Assembly (NCBI GenBank): GCA_036630325.1
Contig: CP142732.1
Span: 310,001 to 374,000, forward strand
Direction: 5' to 3'
DNA length: 64,000 bases
Source: Vairimorpha necatrix
Taxonomy: Eukaryota
Below the pieces are notes generated by a model. It had not been told where the DNA came from. It did not search any database and was given only the letters and a program-made list of their open reading frames with translations. Positions 33,701 through 47,300 of the stretch are shown in pieces. Numbering within the stretch: the first letter of the stretch is position 1; every line of letters begins with the position of its first letter. A program made the position numbers and the translations under genes.

Positions 33701-36700
33701 ATACGAATAATTGTAATTTAGTATCTGTTATTACTTCGTTGGCGTGTTCCTTTTTGATTTTGTATTACAATCACGGGGAAAATATCTTTAACAAAAGCTT
33801 ATATCGTTTACGGGATCTAATTGCCTTGTTTGCTTTTCTGTGTGTTTTATTGTATATTTTTTTAATCAACTCTGGAATTTTAAAATTTGATGGCCACTTA
33901 CAAAGCAATGTAAGAATGTAAGTTACATATTAAATCCCCTTTGATAAATACCCAGATTAAAATCAAGTACTTCACGCTATATTTCCGTATTCCCATGATA
34001 TTATCGTAGTCTCACAAATATGAACACGTTATTATATTCTATTTCATTTTATATGTTTTATAAAAGAACTTTGCAATCATTATTTTATTTATAAAGGTCG
34101 CCTGAATTTATGATTAAATATCGGTAAAAAAGAGTACGATGTATTTTTAATTCTGAGCCCAATAACTTATATTTTTGTCTCTAATGAATAAAACGGGGGT
34201 AAATCAGGTTTAAACGAAACAAATATAAAAAAGACTCATCAGTACATTGATTAATAATAGATAAAAGGGGTTTATCGAATATTCGAACCGCATGTTTTTT
34301 TTAATTTGGTTTTATGGAAATTATTTGCAATTTTTAGATCTATAATAGTAATTTTTTTGAAAACATTTAAAACTTTCATCATAGATAGTATTTTTGTTTT
34401 TTTCATTTGCCATTCCTAACAAATTCCTATCTTTTCATTTGTGGCAGAAAAAGGATTATATATGTAAGAAAATATCGCTTTGTTTTTGACAATTCTATTA
34501 TATAATTTTTGATAATTTAAATATAATTTGAGATTTAATTTTTCAAAATATTAGATGTCCTACCTCTCGTCTAGTGTATCTAGCTCATAAAGGGATTTCC
34601 GCTTTCATGATTTGGCAGTTACATAGAAGTTATTCAAATGTATATTATAATTATCTTTAATATTTATTTTCATTTTTATGTTCTCATAAGATATAGATCT
34701 GCAACATAAAAAAATTTTATTAGCTGCAAACTTTTCATATTAAATTAGAGATGAATTTCAGTCTATAAGTAACATTTATTTATAAAACTTTACGCTAAAA
34801 GAGAAGAACTTACGCTTTAGTCATTAGTTTTTGTATTAGAATTTAATATAATCAAAACAGTACTATAAAAATGACATAAAAACATACTCGGGTTTATTAT
34901 ATGAAATATTATCTAATATCTCTTCTATTTTTTGAATTCTAAATAATTATCAGTAATATGGGTTGTGTACATCGAGAATCTGTTTATATCCTGTATATAT
35001 ATTATAGAGGCATCTAAACATCTCTTCTCTATAACGATGGCTTTGTAAATTAGCTAAATAGAATTATTATTTTCAACTACTATTCTTATTTCAGGAAAAC
35101 AATATTTTATTTAACTATTTTATATATTTAAAAATTCCTAAAAGCCTGAAAGCTGCACGAATAAACAAACTTGTTTCTACTATATCCAAGGATAATGCTA
35201 TAAAAGATATGGATGTTTTCATCACCATTGGTATCTTTAGTTGTCTGAAATTAGTTCAATTATTGCTTAACTTCATATTTATAAAGATATTAGTTAGATC
35301 GAGATCGATTTCTATATCAGACGTTACGGACTACGAGTTTGTGTAAAAATGAATCAAGAGTTGTTATAGAGTCAAAAATCATAGATTTATAGAAAAGTTG
35401 CTTCTGCGCATATTATTTTGTTTATCTTTATAATGATGTATTTATCCAGAAATTATATGAGAATGCCTTTGAAATATAGTAATTTTTTATAGAAAAAATA
35501 AAAAAAACTGATGCTTGCAGTAGTTCACAAGAACTTTTTACGAATATAAGCTTTAAGTTAGATCTGAAACTTTTGTTACGAATTACAAGTACGAAGTTCT
35601 TTTTCATGCCAAAATAGATTACAAATTATACCATCAGGGAGATTACAATACAGAGTGAAAAGAAGGTTTAAATTAAACCATCTTATTTCTTAAATTGTTA
35701 TAGCTTTTAAGTTTTAATTGTGCGGTTTCAATCCAGATGTTTCTTTTATTTCAAAAAACATAATTTTTTTGTACTTATATAATCTTTAATTATTATATTT
35801 TCTTTTTGAATAGATTTTTTCAATTATAAACCCAATTATATTTTATTTAAATCATTTCTAATAAACGCGTCTAGAAAAACAGTTTCTCTAATATAAAACA
35901 AAAGTACTATATGTTTAACAAAAATATTTTATAGGCTTGTTGAAGGATAAGATAAAGTCCAAAATTACTTTACAACCGGAATACCAATATTAGTAGAATA
36001 AAATATACAATAAATATTAATGTCATATTAAAGATGATTTGTTCAAAAATACAGATACAACCGATTTATATTCCATTTAAATTTATATACGATCCAAGAA
36101 GAGATAGAAATATCAAAAAAGGTATATAATATCTTATGTGATTAGTTCTTGGTTTTAAGTCAATAGAACATTGTTATTTCATTTTTTTTTTTTTTGGGGG
36201 GGGGGGTTGTTATACCGATATATAAAAAATCAACTAAGTTGAATAGATTTAAATTTATGAGGTATCATGGTCATTGTTCTTGTCGAAATTGATGCCTTAT
36301 ATTCTTAGGCAGTGCACAATACAGCCCCAAATTAACTTTATGATGTTCTATAAGGGTAAATTTTTTTAAATTCAAAATTTGTCCTATTTATTTCAGTTAG
36401 TGCTCTAAATAGATGTTAAATTTTTTAATATATTTCTTCATAAATTTTCTCATATAATCAGAATATAATTTAATAAGTAAGATTTTAATATATTTTTTTT
36501 TCTAAACCATTCGTTTGAAAAAAAAACATTCGCGCCCATTACTATGTGGTTATGATATTATAATCGTCTTTGGAAAATTATATAATATTTAATAAGAGAT
36601 TTGAGAGCGAGTTTTCAAGATATGTCCTAATCCGGCAAGTTATTGCTATATATATATATATGTATCGGTACCTGGTTTTCGGGACGAACACAATTATCAG

Positions 36701-37190
36701 GACATTATTCATATTCTAAACGAGAACAAAGTTTAGAACATATTTTTTGGCCTTTGACATATATATACATATAAAAAATAATATCAACACAAACCTTTGA
36801 AAGAAATACATAATATAATGGTAAAATGAAATTTTTGGTGTTAACATCATAAACGCATAATAAGTTTAAGCAATTGTATCAATTAATCCTGTTAAAAGTT
36901 CAACAATTAAGTAAGTGCGACGTTTTAGAATTCAATTTCCTCATATAAATATGGAGATAAGTTGACAATATAAGACAAGAATGAGGTTTTACTGCTGTTA
37001 TAATGGGAATTGATATTTAAAGTCGTTTCCTAAATTTGATAAATTTTGTCAATAACGACAGAAAAAATACACATAATCGTATTGTGAACTGTGCATTAAC
37101 ATACTTGTAAAAACGCTGTATTATTGACCATACATCATCATATAAAATAATAATATATAATTTATTTGGGTATAATATTCGGCTTATTAA

Positions 37191-40100
37191 TTACTTTTCA
37201 CAAGATACGCTTACAGTCTCATCTGGCAGTTCCAGGACTTCCTTCTGAGATTCACTCATTGGGCTCTCGAAGACCCCTTCCTGATCTGTATCAAGCCCAT
37301 GTCTGGCTGACATAGTTAGGCTTTCTAAAGTCATTTTAAGGACTCTTGACTGTATATATGCTTCCGTTCTGGGTTCTAATCTGAGCACTTTGAAATGCGT
37401 ACGGTGAAAATTAGTTACTATTCCATCCCACGTCATCACATAAGGAATAATTTTCGGCTTGTATTTGTAGAGAGAAGCCACATGATTTGCGAGCAAGTCG
37501 TATTTATGTCTCTTTTCTGTTTCTACTGCATGGAGGTTGTTAAAACTTGTGATTCCAACTTCTACAACGATCACTTCTTTCCTCAACTTGTCTGCAATTA
37601 GTATATCAGGCTTGTTATACTTTATTTTAATACTGGAATGTATCCTACTGTCGACTCGTATCTCAACATACTCATTTGCTACACATTCCTAACTGAATGA
37701 TTTCTAATTCTTTTGGCATGGGATAGACCATACGTCTTACACAACTGCAGGTGGATGCATCGCAGTGCCTCATTGTGCCGTCTCATGTAATCATGTGAAA
37801 GCATACGATCACATTGGGCGGCCATATGATCTACTATCTTTGCATATTCATGGCAGTGTGGACATTTTATCTGTTTCTCTAAGAAAATATTTCGGTCCTG
37901 TAATGCACAAAAATTGCCTTCCTCTCTCGGGCTTATAATTTCTTTTTGTGAGCCACGTGGCAGCCTGTTTTATATCAATAAGTGGATCGCCTCTTGGTCT
38001 AAATAGCTTTGAATGGTTTGTTTTTATTTTTATATCGCTATAAAGAGAAATATTTTGTGCCTCTATTAATATTTTAGCTGTTACGTTTTCCTTAAGTTTA
38101 TATTTCTCTTTTATATATCCTTCTATGGTGGATAGATAAGCGTAGCCTGTTTTCTCGGAGTTGAAAAACGCTTTGCGTCTTAGAACAGATTCTTTCGTGC
38201 TTTCAAATTCTTTGGCTAGTTGTAAAAGCATTCTTTCACTTTTATGTTCTACGCATTGGAGCCCTCTTCCAAGTTCGGCTCTGGAGAGATATAATCTTTC
38301 TTTAGTTGCAGATTGAATGATGGACGTGAAATTTAATCAATAATTTTCTGATGTTAATGTCTATGATCTTGTATTCTTCTGGTTCGGCATCTATTATTCC
38401 TATATAGTAATTAATTAGGCTTATTCCATGTTCTTGTTTGCTTTAAACAAATGGTTCGCATTCAACTTAGTCTTACATAGCTTTTCGATTCTTAATAAGA
38501 TGGCCTTCCATATTTTTTATTTTGTTTCCTTCATTATCTTACCTTCGTGGCTTTCTGTAATGCCTAGATATTTATACCCCTTATGCCCCTCTAGCAATTT
38601 ACCTTCATCTTTACACTTTATACTATTTGTAGCCGATTTTTCCGCGTTGATTTCTAGACCTACAGTATTAAAGAATTTCTTGTCTTATCTATTATCTCTT
38701 TCAATACTTCCTCATTTTCTGCAAGTAATATAGATCGTCAATAAACAACAAATGGTTAGTTACAAATGCTTGTTCTCCCAACGGATGCTTAACTTGGGGT
38801 ATATACTATTCAATTTACGACTTAGCGGGTCTATACACAGCACAAACAATAACGGCGACAAACTATCTACTTGTAATATTCCTCTTCTGATCTTCTTTTC
38901 CATGATCTTCTCATTTCCTTCAAATATTTCTAGATTCCACTTGCTGGCCAGTAATTCTATTGTCTTACATATCCACTCTGGTAGTCCCAGAGCTATAATG
39001 CATTTTCTAAATAGTCATGTCTTACTGAGTCGTACGCCTTCTTAACATCTATCCAGGCCGCTTTGATTTTATAATTATATTCTCTATTCAGCATGTTATT
39101 TGTCGTTGCCTGATTTTTAGCTCCCTGCACTTTCCTCTTTGTTCCCATCTGGTTATCTGCTAAAAGAGAGTTTGATTCCACTAGTTCCTGGAGTACGTAT
39201 GTAATACATTTTGTTGTAAGTTTGTACAAGTTAGACATACATGTAATGGGTCTAAAGTCTTTTCCTTCCACTGGTTGCCCTTTAGGTATCAGATAAGTAA
39301 TTCCTCTGTAAAACCATTCTTCTTCCGTATAACTCTCCAGGCATATTTTCTTAATTACTTTGTAAAGAGATCCATGTAGGCAAGACATTTTCTTTATAAA
39401 GAAATTATAGACTCTATCTGGACCTGCTGCTTTCCAGTTGGGCAGCCATCCTATTATATTTTTAAACTCTTTTTCTGTCGGGAAAGCATTGATGCTGGGC
39501 TGTTCTATTTTGTATTTCCATAGGTATTCTTCTTCATTCTCCAGTGTTTCTTGTTTTGCATTTTCCCACATTTTCGACCAAAAATCTTCAATCTCTTTTT
39601 TCCCAACTTTATTGACGAAACCCAGAGGAGCTACCTCTGAGCAAATACAATTCTATGATATTAATGATTTTATTATTGTTGTGGCTCGTTGGGCCATGAG
39701 TACGGGGCATTAAGTCTTCCCTAGCTTGGTTGTTCTTCCTTGTCATTGGGTTACAAGGGTAATGGTAATTAGGATGGTTGTTGTTAAAGTGTGTTGTCAT
39801 CCTTCGAATTGTGGGGGTGAGAAATAAATTTAAATAAATATTCGATTTTTGGAATAGATCGGTCGAACGGTCTATTTTCCAAAAAGGGAAAATTGATAAA
39901 ATAAAAATAAATAATTTGTGGTATTTATAATACCACATTTATGATCATTCTTCTCCTCTGCATTTAGGTCTCGGTAGTATCTTCCACGGTAAAGTTCAAA
40001 TTTTGTATTTTCATTTCTATATGCTTTTCTCTTCTCGTGAACTTCTATCTTCTTCTTGTATACCAAGATCCTCTCCTTAAGGTATAATTCCATTTTAATA

Positions 40101-40969
40101 ACATCATTTGCTTTTGAAAGTATTAAGTTTCTTTCCCTCATGCATTTTCTTAGGGCTTTTTTCTCTTCCTCAGTTATCTTATCTTTCTCTAACTTAAATT
40201 GTATCAAAAAGCGCTTTCTTTTGTTCCATTGCGTTTATTTTATCTTCAATACTTTCTTTTCAAACACTTTTCTTAATTTCTTTACATGTTATCTCTTGAT
40301 ACACCCATTGTGCAGTTTGGATAATTTTGACAATATCATTCATATTATTGACTTTATTCTTTAGTAAAAATTTTCAACCACTAATTTTAAAGATTCTATA
40401 ATTTCATAATTAGCTTTTAAAGAAGATATCTTTCTTGTTCCTTGTACAGAGCAAACGTCCGTATCTTTAATTTTAGTCCACATCTCTTTAAATCTTTTAT
40501 CTATTTCATTTTGTCGCTCTACATCTTTTGGGGAGCATACTCTTGCAATCTCGTCCAAAGTCTTTCTTCTTTAAGTTGTATTCTCCTCTTTTAACTCTCT
40601 TACTCCTGTAAGCGTCCCTGCTTCATTTTCAAGTGCTTTTTGCGCCATTTTCTTTATTCTAACAATAGATATTTTTTTCTTAAATTTTGCATAATAGAAC
40701 TCTAGTACTTTGTTCCATCCTCCCTTTGGCATCTGATTCCATCTACTTAAAATGGCTTGGAAAGACTTCCTAGGCCAATCATACTTGGCGCCCTCAACTT
40801 CCCCGAGAACGGCCATTAGAGAATCCAACTTGTTAGACCTCTTGGGTCCTCCTGGTTCTGTACTTAATGATACTGAGTTTATATCGTGTGTTTTTTGGTT
40901 GTTCGGTGCTGCTGGTGTTGTTTCAGCTATTTTTAGTTCAGCTCCTTCTTCTTCATTTTTACCCTTCAT
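37191..40969 (-). mobile_element. Degenerate RLE-type (R4/Dong-like) non-LTR retrotransposon
   Basis: Fragments KAAGPD, FRPITCMSNLYK, WIDVKKAYDSV, a CCHC/RHN region, and PDIL...EVGIT...EKRHKYD restriction-like endonuclease. No APE. Many stops and frameshifts. Confidence 0.85.
39613..39937 (-). mobile_element. Solo LTR (325 bp) of the element A family inside the R4-like element
   Basis: Reverse complement starts TGTGGTATTATAAATACCACA and ends TTTCGTCA. TSD TTTAT (39608-39612, 39938-39942). Confidence 0.93.
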
Positions 40970-41799
40970 GTTTTAAAATAATAAATTACTAATTTAAAAT
41001 AACTTTAATTTTTGTTTAATCTGTACTAAATGCTTCAAAGAAAAATATCAGAGACTAATAGATTTGATATTATACCTTTTCTGTTAAAAGTTATCAATGC
41101 ATGCATTGTTCTTGGTTATTATTTCACTAATATCTTCTATGTATTTTTTGGATTGTTTGTGTCGATTGGATTCAACTTAGTGATATAATACGTTCAATTT
41201 TTTTGTAATGTTAATGCGAAACAACGCCGATCTATAATTTTTATGTAAAACTGTACTGTTTTAGAGACAGATTTTTGAATAAATTGATTTACGACGATCT
41301 CATATTTCCGGTTTAAAAGTTTTAGACCTTTAGGTATCACTTGATGTTATATCGTAGTATATTGGTGGAAGATATTCGATACCATTTTCTGTAATTTATA
41401 AATCTAAACCATTATGAAAAGTAAAAATATTAATTTTAGTCAAATTTCCGTTCTAATTTTATTAGATGTTGGTAGGACATTTTGCACTAAAAAATTTTCT
41501 GTTTTTTATTTATAAAAAAATGTGAATCTGCATGCAGCAACATATAGATTAAATTTAATTTGCCTATAATTGTTCAATACAAAAACATCACACAACATAA
41601 ATAAAACAATACGACTTATTGCACCAAAACTTTAATGGCTTTTTACAATTTAAGATTTTTGTTCCGAAAAAAACTATTATATGTATAAAAACTGAAAAAC
41701 ATTTATAATATTAAATTCTTCAAAAAAATAATAGTCTTATAAAAAATGTAGAATATTAAAAATATATACAATTGGAGGAAATCATTTGTAAGAATTTAT

Positions 41800-42414
41800 T
41801 TATAACGCGATTAGTAATAGAGTAAATCCCATGACAGGAATAGACACCAATACTTTGTCTGCATTGCTACTTACAGAATCTTCATCAACGTTTTTATCGT
41901 CGTTTTTTACTTTCGTATTCTTTTTTTTCGTTTGCGGGCTAGAAGCTGCATTCTTTTGTTGAATGGTTGGTTTATACTCATAAAATGTAGACCTTTTGTC
42001 GGTCCGTATTCCTTCTATAAATCTAGGTTTGGAATTATAGACAGCTTTGATTGTTTTTTCGTCATTAGACATTTTATTGTATTCTTGTATATTATAATTA
42101 ATTTTTTCTGGTTTTAATTGAAAATCATTCGGCGTTGGGGCATATGCAAGTATGTATTCATTACCTTCTGTCTTGACAATAAGAGCTCCACTATTAAGTA
42201 ATTCTCCGGCGTTTTCATGTACAGCAATTTTCTTAGGCACACTCCATTCAATATCATTTGGCCCTTTTGATTTTATTTCTATTCCTCCTCGACCATCAGT
42301 CTTTATAGAATAGGCCACATTGTCTTTTAGATTGACTAATTCTTCAACGTGTATGCCCGGCTGTTCACTAAGACTAACATTGTTGAATATGAATACTAGA
42401 AGTTGCAGGTCCAT
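41800..42414 (-). CDS. Hypothetical host protein, probably secreted or surface-anchored
   Basis: 204-aa ORF with hydrophobic N-terminus, polar stalk and hydrophobic C-terminal tail. GGG motif and A-run upstream of the ATG. No TE motifs. Confidence 0.65.
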   Translation of the reverse strand: MDLQLLVFIFNNVSLSEQPGIHVEELVNLKDNVAYSIKTDGRGGIEIKSKGPNDIEWSVPKKIAVHENAGELLNSGALIVKTEGNEYILAYAPTPNDFQLKPEKINYNIQEYNKMSNDEKTIKAVYNSKPRFIEGIRTDKRSTFYEYKPTIQQKNAASSPQTKKKNTKVKNDDKNVDEDSVSSNADKVLVSIPVMGFTLLLIAL

Positions 42415-42661
42415 TTTTATTTACCCTCATAAAAATTTTATTTATATTTTACATGTTTATTTACACTACAAGAAAACACTGTAAATTAACAAACTTAAAC
42501 AATTGAATCAACAAATTTCCTAAAACAAATATACGAGTATTAAAAAAATACTATGAAAACTTTGATTGTTTTTTACTTATAAGGAATAATTAGAATGTTC
42601 AAAGTCAATTTCCCATGTCATATAAATCTTATTGGTGATATGAAAACACGGGGTTATTTAT

Positions 42662-44344
42662 TGTGGCGCGCGAGCGTTGACCCCTAGGATTCCATCCTGT
42701 GCCGGCGCTGAACCCTAAGATTAACAAGCCGTGCAGGCGTTGGCCCTGAGTTTCCTGACGAAAACCCCTGTCTAAATCTAATATTATTTAATTAAATAAA
42801 CGCACTAAACTGGATTCGGACCTGCGGCCTATGTGAAGGAAACAAGCGCACATACCACTCGGCCATAGCTTACTACATAATGTGAAATATAAACAATAAA
42901 AAAACACTTGCAAAATGACATTTGATGAATAAAAAGATTTTTTCTTATCCCTTAAAAATGATTCTTTCCCCCAGAAATGCTAGTGAATGCATAATTTAAC
43001 ATTAATTTTACAAGGCAGGGACAATGAAGTTTTTTTTTAGAAAAGCAACAAAAAAATGGTTGAAACAAAAAGCTGGCAATTGCCTTCTTATAGATGGGGC
43101 GCTATATATAAGGGACGAGGCTAATGGAGACCACCTCAAAGTTTTTCATAGTCAACAGCTTCAAGCCATGGAAGTTAATGTAAAGCTTTTCACCAGCTTC
43201 ATCACAGGGGCGTTAACCGATTCAAAGAATCATGCAATAAGCTTTTTTAAAAAAATTTTAAGGGACAATATAAGAAAAATCGTTTCCGAATGCATCACAT
43301 GTGGACAATCACAACCGTTAAAAAATAAAGAGCGCCAATTATATATTACGGCCTCTAAACAGATGGAACGACCCATGATCGATTTCATCGATATGACACT
43401 TTAAAAGGGGTTAACAATGGGCATTGTTGAATTTTAACAATAATAGATGTGTATTCTAAGTTTGCATGGGCCTTCTTATTGAAAAGTAAAACAGGTGATG
43501 AGGTTACAAAAAAATCTTAAATTTTTATTTTACAATATGACTGGTCTGCCCAAGATCCTTCAAAGTGATAAGGAAGGAATTCTGCACTTTCTATATAAAT
43601 AAACGTTGTTCAGACTTTTTTTATTATCTAAAAACATAGTAGGCCCCGTCGCCCACAATCAAACTGGCAAATAGAAAGGTTTAACCAAACCTTAACGTGA
43701 ACAATCCAAAAACATGTATTTGAAGAAGGTTTGTTAGCCGTTGATAATTCTAAAACTGAAGATGAAAAGTTATGGCCAAACATCTAAATGAAGTCGTTTA
43801 CGACTACAATTTAGCCAAACATAGTGCGACAAAGCATGTCTATTTAATTTAGTCTTAAAAATACCAAGATTTAATTCTGTTTTTACGCAAGATGAGAACG
43901 AGTCTTCAGATGATAGTTTAAAAGAAATTATATGATACTCAAGACAGAAAATGGAAGAGATTTGTCGAATAGTGTTTTTAAAGAGCAAACTGAAACTGGT
44001 TCAGTTGATTAAATTATCTTGCAAGAATGGATCGTCATTCGTTGGTTCATATCTCAAAATATACTTTTGAAATTGGTGACAAAATCATTGTAGCCAAAGA
44101 CTTTGATAATAATATCAAAACAAAAAAACTAAAATTACCTTCATTTTTTTCTAAAGAAGTTAAGATTATAGAAATTCATTCAAACAACAAAGTGAAATGT
44201 GAAACTGAGGAAGGTACTCAAATTTTCCATATGTCTAGGCTTAAAATAAATTTAATATTAAACATTCAATTAAAAAATTTATTTGTGTTCTTTTTATTTC
44301 TTATTTTTTTACGTTTTTAGAGGGGTCAACGCTCGCGCTCCACA
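42662..44344 (+). mobile_element. Degenerate Ginger-type DNA transposon
   Basis: 24-bp TIRs TGTGG(C/A)GCGCGAGCGTTGACCCCT, imperfect TSD TTTAT/TTCAT, broken ORF homologous to 8419-9708 (ECITCGQSQPLK, KDFDNNIKTKKLKL). Confidence 0.85.
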
Positions 44345-47300
44345 TTCATTATAAAATATTTAAAGAGCAACATGTCAAATATCTCAGAATGGCCACTGCC
44401 GGATTTGACATGTGTTACATTTCCTACACTAACATACCTTTAAAAGCTTGCCGTGATTTCAACTTGCCATAACCGTTTTTTCCATTTTCAGTCAACGCTT
44501 TAAATGAATTGAATCGCGGTTCTACAACCGTTCCTTTTTCTTCCCACTTTGGTTTGAGTATTTTCTAAACGGTAGAATTAAATAATACCAAACTCTATCT
44601 CCCACCTTAATGGCATCCTTGTCACCGGAATTAGCTTTTTTACTAGTAGCGTATTCTCGTCTAAAAACGTCCAAGTTTTTAATTGTTTGCGCCTTTTGGG
44701 TTTTTTATCTTTTAAAGAATGCATTTCTTCTTGTATATCTATCTTATTTAAAGCTCTTCCTATTAAGAGTTCTATCGGTGCACACCCCATAGCCCCATGA
44801 CATGATTGCATATAGACTCTGACTACTTTAGGGACACATTCTACCCAAATAAAATTCCCCAAATTCTGTAATCTTTCTTAATTTTATGGCTATACTTCTA
44901 TTAAACTTCTGAACAAGCCCCGTGGTTGTAGGTTTATAAGGGGAGCCATATTTCCATAGAATTTTTTTGGTCTTCGCATATTCCTCACATATATTATTTT
45001 TGAATTCTATGCCATTATTATAAAAAATGGCCTTTTGAATACCATACCCCCTGTTTATATGTTTATCAACCAAATAAATAACCGTGTTCATGTCTTTTGT
45101 ATAAATCGGCACCACCTCAGCAACTTTCGAAAAGTGGTCAATCATTGCCAATAAGAATTTATATCCTTGCTTGTTTTCTCTCAAGGGCCCTAATATGTCT
45201 ATTTCCTGAATTTCTCCTATTGTTTTTGTTACTAATGACACCATATCTCTAAATTTCCTCTGAGGCTTTTCTTTTTGACAAATTACACATTTATCTACGT
45301 AATTTTCTATGTCTCTGCCTATATTCTTCCAAGTAAATTTTCGACCAATATTATATTTCATATTCTGTTTTAATCCATGCCCAAATAAAACATGTTAAAA
45401 CTTTAATAATACTAACCTCCTATCTGTTTAAATTTTTTTCATTTGTATTGAATTTATTTCTAAAACAGTCTCCTCATGTTTTTCAAATTCTCTGCTTAGG
45501 TGATCTTCATAGTTTGATAATCATGTAATGTATTCAATATAGAAATCATATTCTTGTGGCAGTAATGACCATCTAGCCAACCTAGCTTTTACGTTCATAG
45601 ACATAAGCAAATATTTTAAAGCCTGATAATCCGTTTTTAGTGTAAAGTTTCCTAATAATAGATTTTTTCTGAAGTATTGAATCGATTTTATAACTGCTAG
45701 CAACTCTTGCTTAGTAGTGGAATGGTTTTTAATAAACTTTAAGCAATAGTTGAAAACCCTGTGGTATTACAACCACATATAATTTTCCATTTTTCCCAAA
45801 ATGGAATTTCTTTAATATTTTTAGAAAAAATTAGTTTTCTTTCCAACAAAAAGGAAAAGGAGATGCAAACAAAGAACACAAATAATAAACGATTTTTCTA
45901 AAAACAAATAAGGCCCAAGGAGCCTATTACAAGTAGCTTACTGGAAGCCTACTTATAACGAGGGTTCATCCCTCATGACCCTCAAGTTGAATTTAACGAG
46001 AAAACTCATGTCAAAGAATACAAGAAAGAAAAAGAACATCCAGAATTTGTAAAAAATAACAAGGAACTGCAGTTAAGAGTAAGTAAAAATTGATAACATT
46101 TAGGATAATCAACAAGATTTAACCATAAAATAACTCCAAAACTTTGAGATATTAGCTAAAGCAAATGATAGGAATAACGAACAAATGGCTTTGACTTACA
46201 TAAATTGTACACACGAACCAAGAAAGGAATATTTACCATCAGATTCTTATATTGCATTAAGAAAAACTGTTAAATTTTTTTACCCACCGGAACAAAAAAG
46301 ACATGCTATACGTGAATTAGATAATACAAGCCAAATAAGTTTTTTAGTATCGCAGAATATAAAGAAACAAATGAGGAAAGACTAAACAGTTATTCAAATT
46401 ATAATGATCTAAAAAAAGAGAGGCTCTGCATAAAATGAAAGAAGTATTTTGCGAGGGACTAGGAAATTTTACGCATTTATAATTAACAAGACAAAAGATG
46501 ATCAGTAAGGAAATCTATGAAATTTATAATTACCTTGTTCTAATATTAAATGAAATTGTAACTTAAGCTGAGAAACCCAATACCCATTATGAAAAAAGAG
46601 AATTTTGATAATAGCAGAAATACTCAACTTAATAGCCCGAAATGGTGTTCACTTCATAAGAGTAACTATACTCATGATACCAGGCGTTGCTACGCCTTAC
46701 AGAATAAAAAAAGATTGCCTGAATTTGCAGATAATAAGGATAAGAATGAGATTATAAAACAACGTAGCCAAGGTTTCGAAAACATTACTGTAATAGAAAA
46801 AATAGGTACTAATAGTGTGAAAATAATCTAGATGGGGATCAAGGAGAAATCATATTTTATAAAGCGCAGTTAATGAATTTAATTCAAAGAAAGAAGAATG
46901 TGTTAAAATTAAAATCATAATTGGAACTAATGTTGCAGAAGAATCAAAAGAAATGGTCAATACTATTGTTACGATAAAAAAACCCCTTTGAAGTAGAATT
47001 TTGCGTTTTAGAAAAAATTACCCGTTAATTTTATTCTAAGAAACGAATTTCTTGACATTCATTGTGCGAAGTTAGATTACGCCGAAGGAACGGTAGAATT
47101 AGATGGACTACGAATTGACATGGTACAAAAGTAGGGAAATGCGGAAGAATTGCTAGATAGAGAAATAGTCAAGAAATTGTGTCAGGTTAGCGAAAACAAA
47201 CAGTTTAATAAACTATTAGATTTCTATATTAAAAAACAAAAAATTAACCTTTATGAAAGCAAACCTAGCTTTGTTTAACGTAATACGACCAGTTTTAAAA

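Noticed and set aside
30800-37100. Possible decayed host pseudogenes (coding-like patches near 31200-31900 and 32900-33900, minus strand)
   Set aside because: Frames are broken and I cannot assign any family without a translated search.
40970-41300. Ribozyme at the 5' end of the R4-like element
   Set aside because: No HDV-like pairing pattern found by eye in this AT-rich stretch.
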